A DNA stretch of 64,000 bases, taken from positions 608,001 to 672,000 of the forward strand of contig CAWBGA010000017.1 of the NCBI GenBank assembly GCA_963788195.1, read 5' to 3'. The stretch comes from Nitrospirota bacterium (GTDB taxonomy: Bacteria; Nitrospirota; Nitrospiria; Nitrospirales; NS-4). Positions 21,281 to 30,108 of the stretch are shown in pieces. The notes below the pieces were generated by a model that saw nothing but the letters and a program-made list of their open reading frames with translations, had not been told where the DNA came from and made no database searches. Numbering within the stretch: the first letter of the stretch is position 1; each line of letters starts with the position of its first letter. A program made the position numbers and the translations under genes.

Positions 21281-21550
21281 CTAGCGTCGCTTGGAGCCTT
21301 GGGCGCTGCCTGTCCCCATGCGCTTGCGCATGTCGGCCATCGTTATGGTGGACTGCTTGCGGCGCTTTTCGATCAGGCGCCAGAACCGGGCATTCGCGTC
21401 AAGGACAACAGTTTCCCAGTCCGTACCCTCGACACCGACCAGCACTGCCGCCGGCTTGCCGTGCCGGGTGATCACGACGCGGTCCGTTTGCGAAGCATTC
21501 ACACACTCTCGGACTTTCTTTTGGAGGTCACGGACCGTTATGGTCTTCAT
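21281..21550 (-). CDS. Phd/YefM antitoxin
   Basis: VVITRHGKPAAVLVG. Confidence 0.85.
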   Translation of the reverse strand: MKTITVRDLQKKVRECVNASQTDRVVITRHGKPAAVLVGVEGTDWETVVLDANARFWRLIEKRRKQSTITMADMRKRMGTGSAQGSKRR

Positions 21551-21846
21551 AAGATTTCCTCGGTGGTCTTTCCGGGCAGCTTCTTTCGAATCGCTCGGAT
21601 GTGCACAACTCGACTGGCCTCATCAACGTCATAGAAGATGCGATGATCTCCGCTTCGAAGTTCCCAGACAACAGAAGTCGCTTCCCATGGAGGAAGGAGG
21701 TTGACCAGAAGCTTCCTGTTCCTGCTGGGAGCCGTCGGTTGATGGGTGAGCGACTCCTCAATCTGATCCAGAATCCTGTTCCGATGGAAAGGCCGGATGT
21801 TCCTGAGGTCCTCCTCCACGCCAGCGGAGAACAAGATACGATACAC
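21547..21846 (-). CDS. RelE-family toxin
   Basis: WELRSGDHRIFYDVD...V.IRAIRKK. Confidence 0.8.
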   Translation of the reverse strand: MYRILFSAGVEEDLRNIRPFHRNRILDQIEESLTHQPTAPSRNRKLLVNLLPPWEATSVVWELRSGDHRIFYDVDEASRVVHIRAIRKKLPGKTTEEIL

Positions 21847-21899
21847 GCCTGCATCATTGCATATGCAAATCTATATGTCAACTTTAGCAAGATAACGGA

Positions 21900-21983
21900 A
21901 CCCCTCACCCTGCCTCTCCCTCTCCTTCCCTCATCGAAATGGAGCGAGGGAATGCGAGATCCTTCGGCGAGCTCAGGGTGACA
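21900..21983 (+). repeat. Repeat B-like element followed by repeat A
   Basis: ACCCCTCACCCTGCCTCTCCC; AGATCCTTCGGCGAGCTCAGGGTGACA (21957-21983). Confidence 0.8.
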
Positions 21984-22004
21984 CGGCGGGCTACGGCATA
22001 TCCG

Positions 22005-22427
22005 TCAAGCAGTGTTCTCGACCCAAACCAGCCTTTCCGCCAGCGGTCCGGTCTTGAGTCTGTTATAGAGCTTGAGATCGGCCGTTACGAGCGGACATTC
22101 GGCGTTGACCGCCAGGGCCAAGTACACACTGTCATAGAAGGTTCTGTCGTACCGTTCCGCCAGATCCCAGGCGGCGGTCATCAATGCGCGGGACGCAATG
22201 GTCTGGACCGGGTAACGGTGAAAATCCCGTACTAGGTCGCCGGCTACATGACCGGGAATCTCACGGCGGCGCCACTTTTTCCATACGACGTTGCCGACTT
22301 CTGCCCAAATGAGGTCGGGAGCAAGTAACTCATGATTCGAGCTCAGTACGCGGCGGGCGGCCTCAGCATGGCGTTCCGGCATGAGCCACTTCACTGCCAC
22401 GCTGGCATCCACGACGAGGCGGATCAC
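22005..22427 (-). CDS. VapC/PIN toxin
   Basis: LVVDASVAVKW...YDSVYLALA...LVTAD. Confidence 0.9.
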   Translation of the reverse strand: MIRLVVDASVAVKWLMPERHAEAARRVLSSNHELLAPDLIWAEVGNVVWKKWRRREIPGHVAGDLVRDFHRYPVQTIASRALMTAAWDLAERYDRTFYDSVYLALAVNAECPLVTADLKLYNRLKTGPLAERLVWVENTA

Positions 22428-22654
22428 CGCTCCCGATCCTCACGGATCAATTTCGCGCTATCACTGAACTTGCGACCCTTGAGGCGTTTGTGCCAGTTCT
22501 CTGATACCGCTCTGGCCTCCCTCATAGTCATGGGCACGGTTTCTTCCAGAATGGCCTTGACCTCTCGCTGCAAGGATCGCCCGTGCTGCCTGGCGCTCAG
22601 TTTAAGCCGCTCGATGGTATGGGATTCCAAATCTCTGACCAGTATGTCGGGCAT
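22424..22654 (-). CDS. FitA-like RHH antitoxin
   Basis: MPDILVRDL...LKLSARQHGRSLQREVK...LIREDRER; palindrome AGTGATATCA-AAA-TGATATCACT at 22671-22693. Confidence 0.8.
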   Translation of the reverse strand: MPDILVRDLESHTIERLKLSARQHGRSLQREVKAILEETVPMTMREARAVSENWHKRLKGRKFSDSAKLIREDRER

Positions 22655-22895
22655 GGGTCCATCCCTTTGTAGTGATATCAAAATGATATCACTCTTCCAC
22701 ACCCAAGACAAGCTGAAGTGCGGTAGCTCTTCTGACACACAATCCGAGCTCGATGTGACTTTTGGGGAACCCCAGCGGCTGGCGCGGGGCCGGCTCTCAC
22801 ACCATTGAATCAGATTTTGACACGCTGCACGAGCCGAAGAATTATCTCTCACTGTCACCTCTCCTGACATGGGATACAATATCGAATAAGCGGGT

Positions 22896-22963
22896 AGACC
22901 CTTCGGCCAGCTCAGGGTGACAAGGTTGTGGCTCAGGGTGACACGGGTAAGGTTCAGGGTGAC
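22896..22963 (+). repeat. Repeat A copy plus two trailing half-sites
   Basis: AGACCCTTCGGCCAGCTCAGGGTGACA, GCTCAGGGTGACA, TTCAGGGTGAC. Confidence 0.85.
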
Positions 22964-22987
22964 CAGTTGCTTCTTTTTCGCCGAGGC

Positions 22988-23956
22988 ATGAAGATTCAGC
23001 TCCTCGCCGTACTCCTGCTTGCCCTCCTGTCGGCGACAGCGTCTGCCGGTCCTGAAGAGCGCGGTCGGCCGCTGCGCGTGGTGACCTACAACCTGCTGCA
23101 CGGCGGGCCGGCATCCGGCTTCATGGGCGACGATACCCATCTCGAGGCCAGACTCGAGATGGCGATTCGCGAGCTTGCGACCCTCGAGCCGGACATCGTC
23201 GCGCTCCAGGAGGCCTCGCAGAGCCGCCGGCACGGGAATGTGCCGGAGCGTATCGCCCGCCGCCTCGGCATGCACGTCATCTTCGCGCCCGCCACCGAGC
23301 GCCTCTTTGGCTTCTGGCCGCTGGACCAACTGATCGTCGGGCTCATGGGATTCAAGGAGGGCTCTGCGATCCTGAGCCGCTTTCCCATCGTTGCCTCGGA
23401 GGTCTACGATTTACCCCGGTGTCAACGCTGGCTCGACCCTCGCATTCTGCTGCGCGCGGAGATCTCAACGCCGTCGGGGCCGCTTCAGATCTTTTCGACG
23501 CACACCGCGCGCGGCGACGAATGCCAGATCCAACGGGTGGCCGAGTTCGTGCGCGAGCACCGCGGAGAGGCGCCGTCACTGCTCATGGGGGACTTCAACA
23601 CGCCGGAGACCTCGCGCGTCGTGGCGGCGCTTCGGGAGGAGGCGGCCTTTGTGGACGCATTCCGCTCCACCAATCCGGACGCCACGGGAGCCACCGTGTG
23701 GCAGCGCATTCAGGTGGAGCACCCGACAGCGTCCAGGCGCGTCGATTTCATTTTTGTCCTGAACGGCCTGGAATCGATGACCAGCGTGCGGTCAAGCCGC
23801 GTCGTGCTCGACCGGCCAGGGCGCCTCCCGGACGGAGCCCCGCTGTGGCCATCGGATCACTACGGGGTCTTCGCGGAGATCGAGATCGCTCCGACGCCTG
23901 TACTGGCGTTCGTGAAGACCCAACTACGCGACCTAGCGAAGGTGGTGGACCCGTAA
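22988..23956 (+). CDS. Secreted endonuclease/exonuclease/phosphatase (EEP) family protein
   Basis: Signal peptide; VTYN, DIVALQE, GDFN, RVDFIF, WPSDHYGV. Confidence 0.9.
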   Translation: MKIQLLAVLLLALLSATASAGPEERGRPLRVVTYNLLHGGPASGFMGDDTHLEARLEMAIRELATLEPDIVALQEASQSRRHGNVPERIARRLGMHVIFAPATERLFGFWPLDQLIVGLMGFKEGSAILSRFPIVASEVYDLPRCQRWLDPRILLRAEISTPSGPLQIFSTHTARGDECQIQRVAEFVREHRGEAPSLLMGDFNTPETSRVVAALREEAAFVDAFRSTNPDATGATVWQRIQVEHPTASRRVDFIFVLNGLESMTSVRSSRVVLDRPGRLPDGAPLWPSDHYGVFAEIEIAPTPVLAFVKTQLRDLAKVVDP

Positions 23957-23976
23957 CGCCAGCCCTTTCGGCCGGC

Positions 23977-24267
23977 TTATCGAAGCCGTTTCAGCAACTT
24001 CTCGGCATCTTTTCTGTCGGTGACCCGTAAAATGACGACCTCGGTCCCGCGAATTCGATAGTACGCCCGAAAGTCCCCGCTGCGAAGGCGGTACAGCGGC
24101 GGCGTAAAGCCGGTGAGGCGCTTCAGCCTGGTCTTTCCGATAGGAAGAGGAGAATCCGACAGATGAGCGTTCACATCGCTGACGATCTGGACGGCGTCGT
24201 GTGGGTCAAGGCGTTCCAAGTCTCCCTGCGCCGCAGCGCTGTAGACGACCCTAAACTTTGCGGGCAC
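23977..24267 (-). CDS. RelE-family toxin
   Basis: LYRLRSGDFRAYYRI. Confidence 0.8.
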   Translation of the reverse strand: MPAKFRVVYSAAAQGDLERLDPHDAVQIVSDVNAHLSDSPLPIGKTRLKRLTGFTPPLYRLRSGDFRAYYRIRGTEVVILRVTDRKDAEKLLKRLR

Positions 24268-24523
24268 GTTTCCGTTTTAACTTTGCCAGCATAGCCTCGC
24301 TCGAAATGCCCCCTTGCGCCAGATAGTCGGCATAGGCTGACTCGATTTTGGTCTTGAAGCCGGGATCGTGCTCAATCAAGTAGTCGCTCAGGTCGTCTTC
24401 GGTGAGGTGCTGCAGGACAGCCATGGGTTTGCCGTGCGCCGTGATGATGATGTCCCGCTTTTCTGTCTCCTTGAGCAGTGCCATCGTCTGCTGCTTGAGT
24501 TCTTTGACGCCTGCCAATCTCAT
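24251..24523 (-). CDS. Phd/YefM antitoxin
   Basis: GVKELKQ...IIITAHGKPMAVL. Confidence 0.85.
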   Translation of the reverse strand: MRLAGVKELKQQTMALLKETEKRDIIITAHGKPMAVLQHLTEDDLSDYLIEHDPGFKTKIESAYADYLAQGGISSEAMLAKLKRKRARKV

Positions 24524-24752
24524 GTTCTTCGTATCCTGTTAAGTGACACTTTAGTGTAACTTCTTCCGTGTTGCCGGTCAAGCTCGACCATATCTGGTAT
24601 TTTCAGGACCTTGCCTGGATCCCGCGCCGTGAAAGTGGGTCATGCATCGGAATGGGGCGACGGCGGGGAGAGGCGCTTGCTAACCAGGCAATAATACACT
24701 AGGTATCTCTGCTTTAGTCTGTTAAAATCCGCGGACAACTTGGAGGACTCTT

Positions 24753-25160
24753 ATGAAGACTATAGCGATACTCTCCCTCAATCTGCTTGTGGGTTTCGCG
24801 CTGGCCGCAGCCGCGTATGCCGCCGAGGGACATAGTGAGACAGGCGCAGCCGCCGGCCAGCCATCGACGTCAACTGGAAAGACGACGGAGTCGCCGTCTC
24901 AGCCGGCCACCGGTCCAATTATCTCTCCGAATACCGCCGGGCATATCGAAACGATTGAAGGCGAGTTGCTCCGCGTTGAAAAGAATATTTATGTCATAAA
25001 GGATCTAACCGGTCGCGAAGTGACACTCAAGACGGACAAGCATACCAAGATCGATGGAAATATCGCGGCGCATGATCAGGTTGTCGCGCGCGCCTCATCG
25101 CTAAAGAGTAAGCACAAAGAGGGCGGTACATGGCACGCTGCGTCCATCAAAAAGCGCTAA
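24753..25160 (+). CDS. Small secreted beta-barrel-like protein
   Basis: Signal peptide; TIEGELLRVE...YVIKD..GREVTL. Confidence 0.7.
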   Translation: MKTIAILSLNLLVGFALAAAAYAAEGHSETGAAAGQPSTSTGKTTESPSQPATGPIISPNTAGHIETIEGELLRVEKNIYVIKDLTGREVTLKTDKHTKIDGNIAAHDQVVARASSLKSKHKEGGTWHAASIKKR

Positions 25161-25175
25161 GTTCCGAATTGTTGC

Positions 25176-25205
25176 GGCGGGGATTAGCCTAGGCAATCCC
25201 CGCCG
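25176..25205 (+). terminator. GC-rich hairpin downstream of gene
   Basis: GGCGGGGATT-AGCCTAGGC-AATCCCCGCC; no clear U-tract. Confidence 0.45.
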
Positions 25206-25562
25206 GCAGCGCTATCCTCAGATAAACACCCGCCCGGTACGTCGTTCAGAGTCAACGCACCTGACGCTGGTCCTTCTAGGAAGGATTACCTTGCTTTTTT
25301 GATTTGCGCAATGCGGTGATTCCTGGCGGCATTGCAAATGCCATGTCAAACTTCCGGCCGGCGGCAGATCTAATCGTGGACTCTGTGTTTTCGCGAGTTT
25401 AGCTAATCCCAACTGACCCTCGCCCTACTAACGGAAGAGCCGCACTATACATTGGCAGCAAGATCCTACTGAATTTGTCCATTGCCTCGGTGAACTGCCG
25501 GGTCTAAGAGGTAGGTGCAAACTCGCAATCCCGACCGGCATTGGCCTTAACAAGGAGGACAT

Positions 25563-26018
25563 ATGAAAGCGTCTATAATTCTCGCTATTGCATGCACTCT
25601 TACGTTGGGGATGACGTCCGCAAGTATCGCCGAAGACCCGATCGGGCGTGCGGATACCAACATACTCCCTCAAGGTGAGATAAGAGGGGAAGTACTGAAA
25701 GTAGATGGAGACAATTATTTGGTAAAAGATGAGCGGACGAAGAAGGAAGTCAAGTTCACGATTGAAAAGGACGTGAAGGCAAGCTTGGAACGTCCTCTTA
25801 AACAGGGTGATAAGATCGAGGCCTTTGTGACTCCTGAGGGTTATGCAAAGACCGTTCGGATAGACGGCCCAAAGGGTAGGGATATGGAGAGGTCCAGCAA
25901 GGATGTGGATAAGGCCACTGGGGATGTAGGCAAAGCGGGCAAAGACATAGGCGAGATTCAGGCTCCCGGTGGATTTTCAAAGGAAGTCCCCGCAAGCGGC
26001 AAGAAGGGCGGGCAGTAA
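25563..26018 (+). CDS. Secreted protein, paralog 1
   Basis: Signal peptide; EIRGEVLKVDGDNYLVKD..KKEVKF; PGGFSKE. Confidence 0.75.
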   Translation: MKASIILAIACTLTLGMTSASIAEDPIGRADTNILPQGEIRGEVLKVDGDNYLVKDERTKKEVKFTIEKDVKASLERPLKQGDKIEAFVTPEGYAKTVRIDGPKGRDMERSSKDVDKATGDVGKAGKDIGEIQAPGGFSKEVPASGKKGGQ

Positions 26019-26144
26019 GAGTGGAACGAATTCTCCGGAAAGGCCGAACCCGACTTTATCGCCAAGGCTGCAAGCAGTCTCTTGGGGATAAGCCTCAAGT
26101 CATGCCCCCCTTGCCGGTAAGGTTAATATTCAAGAGGAGGCACT

Positions 26145-26723
26145 ATGAAACTGTCTACGATTCTCGCGATGGCGTGCGCGGCTGCGCTTGGAATCAATAC
26201 TGCTGGATTCGCGGCTGACCCGCCGGCGCCGTCGGATACAAAATCCGATGCAAAATCCGAGACAAAATCGGATGTAAAATCGGAGACAAAGTCGGATGCA
26301 AAGCCGGATACAAAAGTGGAGACAAAAACACTCGCCCCGGCGGAGATTAAAGGGGAAGTCTTGAAAATAGATGGTGACAGTTTCGTAGTGAAGGACGAGC
26401 GTTCAAAGAAAGAAGTCAACTTCACGATTGAGAAGGACGTGAAGGCGACTCTGGACCGTCCCCTGAAGCAGGGGGATCGCATCGAAGCCTACTTGACGCC
26501 CGAGGGTATTGCGAAGAAGGTCCGTTTCGAGGGCCAGAAAGACCAGGATATGATGAACAGGGCAGGCAAGGATCTTGGGGACGTGCAGTCTCCAGGAGGA
26601 TTCTCCAAGGAGATCCCGTCCGGTGGGCAGGCTGGCCCAAAGGACCAGGGCGGGATGAAGTCTCCCGAAGGATCGAATCCGACGTTATCGCCTTCCGGCA
26701 AGGGGTCAGCCTCCGGCGGGTAA
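26145..26723 (+). CDS. Secreted protein, paralog 2, with (S/P)(D/E)xK tetrapeptide repeats
   Basis: EIKGEVLKIDGDSFVVKD..KKEVNF; 12-bp repeats at ~26232-26328. Confidence 0.75.
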   Translation: MKLSTILAMACAAALGINTAGFAADPPAPSDTKSDAKSETKSDVKSETKSDAKPDTKVETKTLAPAEIKGEVLKIDGDSFVVKDERSKKEVNFTIEKDVKATLDRPLKQGDRIEAYLTPEGIAKKVRFEGQKDQDMMNRAGKDLGDVQSPGGFSKEIPSGGQAGPKDQGGMKSPEGSNPTLSPSGKGSASGG

Positions 26724-26734
26724 CCTTATCAGAC

Positions 26735-26762
26735 CGGGCAGGATGCCTTTGCATCCTGCCCG
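26735..26762. terminator. Hairpin between convergent genes
   Basis: CGGGCAGGATGC-CTTT-GCATCCTGCCCG. Confidence 0.6.
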
Positions 26763-26782
26763 TCCGTCACTGACAGCAATCC

Positions 26783-27055
26783 CTAGATAAGCGTGCTCGG
26801 GCTGATGAACGCCGTCTCCAGCGCGGTTTGATTGGCTCGTTTCTTTGCGGAGGCGACGCGTCGGATCTTTTTCTTTGTCGTAGCCCGCTTCTTTGTCGTG
26901 GTCCGCTTCTTTACGCGCGCCGCTCCCGTTCGTTTGGCTGTAGTTAAGGTGCGGCGTGTGCTCGACTTTGCAGACCTGGAGCCTCGTTTCGAGCGAGACT
27001 TTGTGGTGCTGGATTTCTTGCCCGCGCGGGATTTTGTTCCCTGTCTTCTTGCCAT
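26783..27055 (-). CDS. Lys/Arg/Ser/Thr-rich histone-like protein
   Basis: GGAGG RBS; MARRQGTKSRAGKKSS...KKRTTTKKRATTKKK. Confidence 0.6.
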   Translation of the reverse strand: MARRQGTKSRAGKKSSTTKSRSKRGSRSAKSSTRRTLTTAKRTGAARVKKRTTTKKRATTKKKIRRVASAKKRANQTALETAFISPSTLI

Positions 27056-27128
27056 GCACACCTCCGTGGTAGTCGGATTGAGGATCCCAAATCACCATAT
27101 GATGCGGATATTGTCAAGGCACGGGCCG

Positions 27129-27500
27129 CTATTTCAGGTAAACGACCCCTGGTAAGTCTTTGAGATCCGCGTCACTGGTCAGAACCTGGGCCGCCTGATC
27201 TCGGGCTGTGGCGTAGATAATGGCACCGGCCATCGCGAGACCGTACTGGAGACTTACATCGGCAGCCAGTAGCGCAATCGATTCTGTGAGCGGGATGACC
27301 TCAGTTGCAGTCAGGCTCGCCGTCACGCGCAACGCCAACTCCTCTCCGCGCTCGCGCTTGATCTTCTTATACACTTCATAGACCACGATTGTCGGGGTGA
27401 TCAATTCGGCGGAGCGCCCGAGATAGGAGCCATAGTTTTCTGCGAGGGGACCCCCCGAGAAATATTCGATCCATCCGCTCGAGTCCACAAGTAATCTCAA
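27129..27500 (-). CDS. VapC/PIN toxin
   Basis: LVDSSGWIEYF...YEVYK...LTSD.D. Confidence 0.85.
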   Translation of the reverse strand: MRLLVDSSGWIEYFSGGPLAENYGSYLGRSAELITPTIVVYEVYKKIKRERGEELALRVTASLTATEVIPLTESIALLAADVSLQYGLAMAGAIIYATARDQAAQVLTSDADLKDLPGVVYLK

Positions 27501-27706
27501 ACGCGATCCTTCTTTTCCCGAATATCGGCGCTCGTGACACCTTTCGCGGCGCCTTTCAGGGATTTGAGCGGGATTTGCGGGACAAGGCTGATCACCCCGC
27601 CCTTCTCAAGTACCTGTAACTGCTGACCGGAGAGTAGCCGGAGCTTTTCCCGGACTTCTCTCGGAATAACAATTTGGAATTTCGAGGAAATTTTGATGCT
27701 GGGCAT
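27497..27706 (-). CDS. AbrB/MazE-type antitoxin
   Basis: KISSKFQIVIPREVREKL. Confidence 0.85.
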   Translation of the reverse strand: MPSIKISSKFQIVIPREVREKLRLLSGQQLQVLEKGGVISLVPQIPLKSLKGAAKGVTSADIREKKDRV

Positions 27707-27803
27707 TCCCGGGCTCCTTCTTACCATTTCTTCATCGATCATTGTAAAGTAGGATTCATCCTGTCGTCAAGGCAGCAGCAGGAAGAGTCAGGCAACGCGC
27801 TGG

Positions 27804-28529
27804 CTAGCGGAGGCCGCTTCCCTCGCTCGGAGTGTCGAAGCTCCCCGGAGTGCAAGGAAACGATCCAACGGTAATCCCGGAACAAGGCGGCGGCATGGTG
27901 GGATCCCGCTGCGGGACCGTCCTGCTGGACCGCGGAAGGGTCGTGCTCGATTGCGGCAGTGTCGTGCTGGTCTGGGGAAGGGTCGTGCTTGGAGTGTCTA
28001 AACTGCTGGGAGTACAAGGTAACGATCCTACAATTATTTCAGGACAAGGCGGCGGCAGGGTGGGGCCGAGTTGCGGGAGCGTGGTGCTACTCTGCGGGAG
28101 GGTCGTCATGGACTGCGGCAGCGTGGTGCTGCTCTGAGGGAGCATGGTACTCGATTGGGGCAATGTAGTGCTGCTCTGCGGGAGGGTCGTCATGGATTGC
28201 GGCAGTGTCGTGCTGCTCTGAGGGAGCGTCGTACTCGATTGGGGCAATGTGGTGCTACTCTGCGGCAACGTCGTACTGGATTGCGGCAGTGTCGTGCTGC
28301 TCTGAGGGAGCGTGGTACTCGATTGGGGCAGTGTGGTGCTGCTCTGCGGCAGCGTCGTACTGGATTGCGGCAGTGTCGTGCTGCTCTGCGGAAGCGTTGT
28401 GCTGGATTGGGGGAGCGTGGTGCTCGACTGCGGATGAGAACCGCCTCGTCGGGTCATCATTTCGGCCTGCAAAACAGCCGGGATACACATTATAAGAATT
28501 GCGGCAAGAAGCCCGGGAATCGTGCGCAT
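27804..28529 (-). CDS. Secreted PQSSTTL heptad-repeat protein
   Basis: Signal peptide, 17 consecutive heptads, two PPPC-x9-C modules. Confidence 0.7.
   Translation of the reverse strand: MRTIPGLLAAILIMCIPAVLQAEMMTRRGGSHPQSSTTLPQSSTTLPQSSTTLPQSSTTLPQSSTTLPQSSTTLPQSSTTLPQSSTTLPQSSTTLPQSSTTLPQSSTTLPQSMTTLPQSSTTLPQSSTMLPQSSTTLPQSMTTLPQSSTTLPQLGPTLPPPCPEIIVGSLPCTPSSLDTPSTTLPQTSTTLPQSSTTLPRSSRTVPQRDPTMPPPCSGITVGSFPCTPGSFDTPSEGSGLR
28077..28433 (-). repeat. 21-bp coding tandem repeat, 17 units
   Basis: Variation mostly at synonymous positions. Confidence 0.9.
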
Positions 28530-28624
28530 CTTGCAAGTTTACACCTTTCTCCTCATCATGTATGCCACCCGTTATAACTACTGAATTGAGAAACATCCTA
28601 TTGTGTCTCTGCGATACCTGAGCT

Positions 28625-29416
28625 ATGTTCTTGCCACCGGAGGACACCATGGTTAAAGTAGCAAAAACGCGCCTCTCCCGCGGGTTGTTTTTGGATCGGG
28701 ATATCGAGCGATTTCGAGAACATCTCGTCAGATTTCGGTCGTTTATGTCAAAGGGCCCGTCCGCCGCGTCCCTGGCGGAATTTGATCAGGAGACCGAGCG
28801 GCTGATCGGCCAGATATTCGGTGAGGCCTCGGAATTGCTCGAAGCGTACGAGTACGCCCAGCTCGGGGAAGCCTCCACCCTGGTGAACCTCCCGGAAGAG
28901 GCGCAGGAACCCGGGGCCCAGGACCTGGAACGTGAAAGCCAGCAGCAGCGGAAACGTGTGTTGGAGAGCTGCATTTCGGAACTCGAGGCCCGCCGCGCGG
29001 ACGCGTTCCGCAAGCGCCGCCTCCAGCGGCTCAAGGCGCCCCACGTAGCGGACTTCATGTCGCCGGAGATTCATAGCCTGAGCCAGGATGCCGCGCTCAC
29101 AGAGGCCGGAAGCCTGATGAAGAAGCACAAGATCGGCTCGCTGCTCGTGAACCACGAAGCACGCTACGTGGGAATTCTGACGGAGGCGGACATCTGCCGC
29201 AAGGGTGTGGCGCAGGGCCTGGACCCCGCGAAGACTCCGGCCAAGGCCTGCATGAGCAATCCCATCATCTCAATCGAAGCGCACGAGCCGCTTCTGGAAG
29301 CGGTCCAGCTCATGAAGGCGAAGGGAATCCGGCACCTTGCCGTGACGGAGAACACGACGGTCGTGGGAATCCTGTCGGTCGCAGATCTGGTGAGGTACTA
29401 CTCCGGCGTCGAGTAA
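28625..29416 (+). CDS. CBS-pair protein with helical N-terminal domain (start may be 28650)
   Basis: IGSLLV..YVGILTEADI; GIRHLAV..VVGILSVADL. Confidence 0.8.
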   Translation: MFLPPEDTMVKVAKTRLSRGLFLDRDIERFREHLVRFRSFMSKGPSAASLAEFDQETERLIGQIFGEASELLEAYEYAQLGEASTLVNLPEEAQEPGAQDLERESQQQRKRVLESCISELEARRADAFRKRRLQRLKAPHVADFMSPEIHSLSQDAALTEAGSLMKKHKIGSLLVNHEARYVGILTEADICRKGVAQGLDPAKTPAKACMSNPIISIEAHEPLLEAVQLMKAKGIRHLAVTENTTVVGILSVADLVRYYSGVE

Positions 29417-29422
29417 CCGCCG

Positions 29423-29797
29423 CTAACTTTCCATCATTTCCAGGCGGGCATCGAACTCGTGGCTGCACTGCGTGCAACGCACGCAATCACGCTCCACAGT
29501 CCCCTCCTCGGCGAGAATCGCCATTCCACCACATTCGGGGCACGGCCGGGCATGGGGCAGGTCCTTGGTAAGGGTCTCGTATTTCGCGCCACGGAGGCAA
29601 TAGACCGCCTCCCCCTCCATGCTCCAGGGGCGCCCCGAATTGTCCACGACGGGAAGCGCGATATAATGGTGGGCGGCATAGTCGGCAATGGCAGCCTGGG
29701 TCGCGAGACCATCCTTGATCAGCTTGCCGGTTTTTGCATCGTATAACGCATCGCCTTTCACGCTCACTTTTGTGGGTCCGACCTTCTCCATAGCCAC
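29423..29797 (-). CDS. Hypothetical protein with C-terminal Zn-ribbon
   Basis: CPECGG...CTQCSHEF; GGAGG RBS. Confidence 0.65.
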   Translation of the reverse strand: MAMEKVGPTKVSVKGDALYDAKTGKLIKDGLATQAAIADYAAHHYIALPVVDNSGRPWSMEGEAVYCLRGAKYETLTKDLPHARPCPECGGMAILAEEGTVERDCVRCTQCSHEFDARLEMMES

Positions 29798-30108
29798 CTC
29801 CAGACGCGAATCTGCCTAAGCTATCCCGTCGCGGGAAAGTTTGCAACGGAATATTTACGGAGAGGTCTTGACACGCGCAGCCCTGTAGAAGCCACCAAAA
29901 GTAGGTAAGCAATTGCATGGGGCCGTCAGGCCGCTGTAGTGTGCCGGGCAGAGGCCTGTGCCCTTTGCGTCTCCAGATTGACAGACGGACCGCGCGGTTA
30001 TATCGTGCGCTCCAATACGGGAGAAGAGTAATGTCGCTCTTGAGGAAATCAGCCTGAACATCCTGTCCCCCCAACTCGGTCCCGACCTTGCTGCCTTGAC
30101 GATCTTTC

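Noticed and set aside
22655..23329. 301-aa ORF 22424-23329 as one protein
   Set aside because: Only the last 76 aa resemble an antitoxin; the rest is antisense to the EEP gene and crosses repeats.
28077..28433. CRISPR array
   Set aside because: Contiguous 21-bp units with no unique spacers; in-frame coding repeat with synonymous variation; no cas genes.
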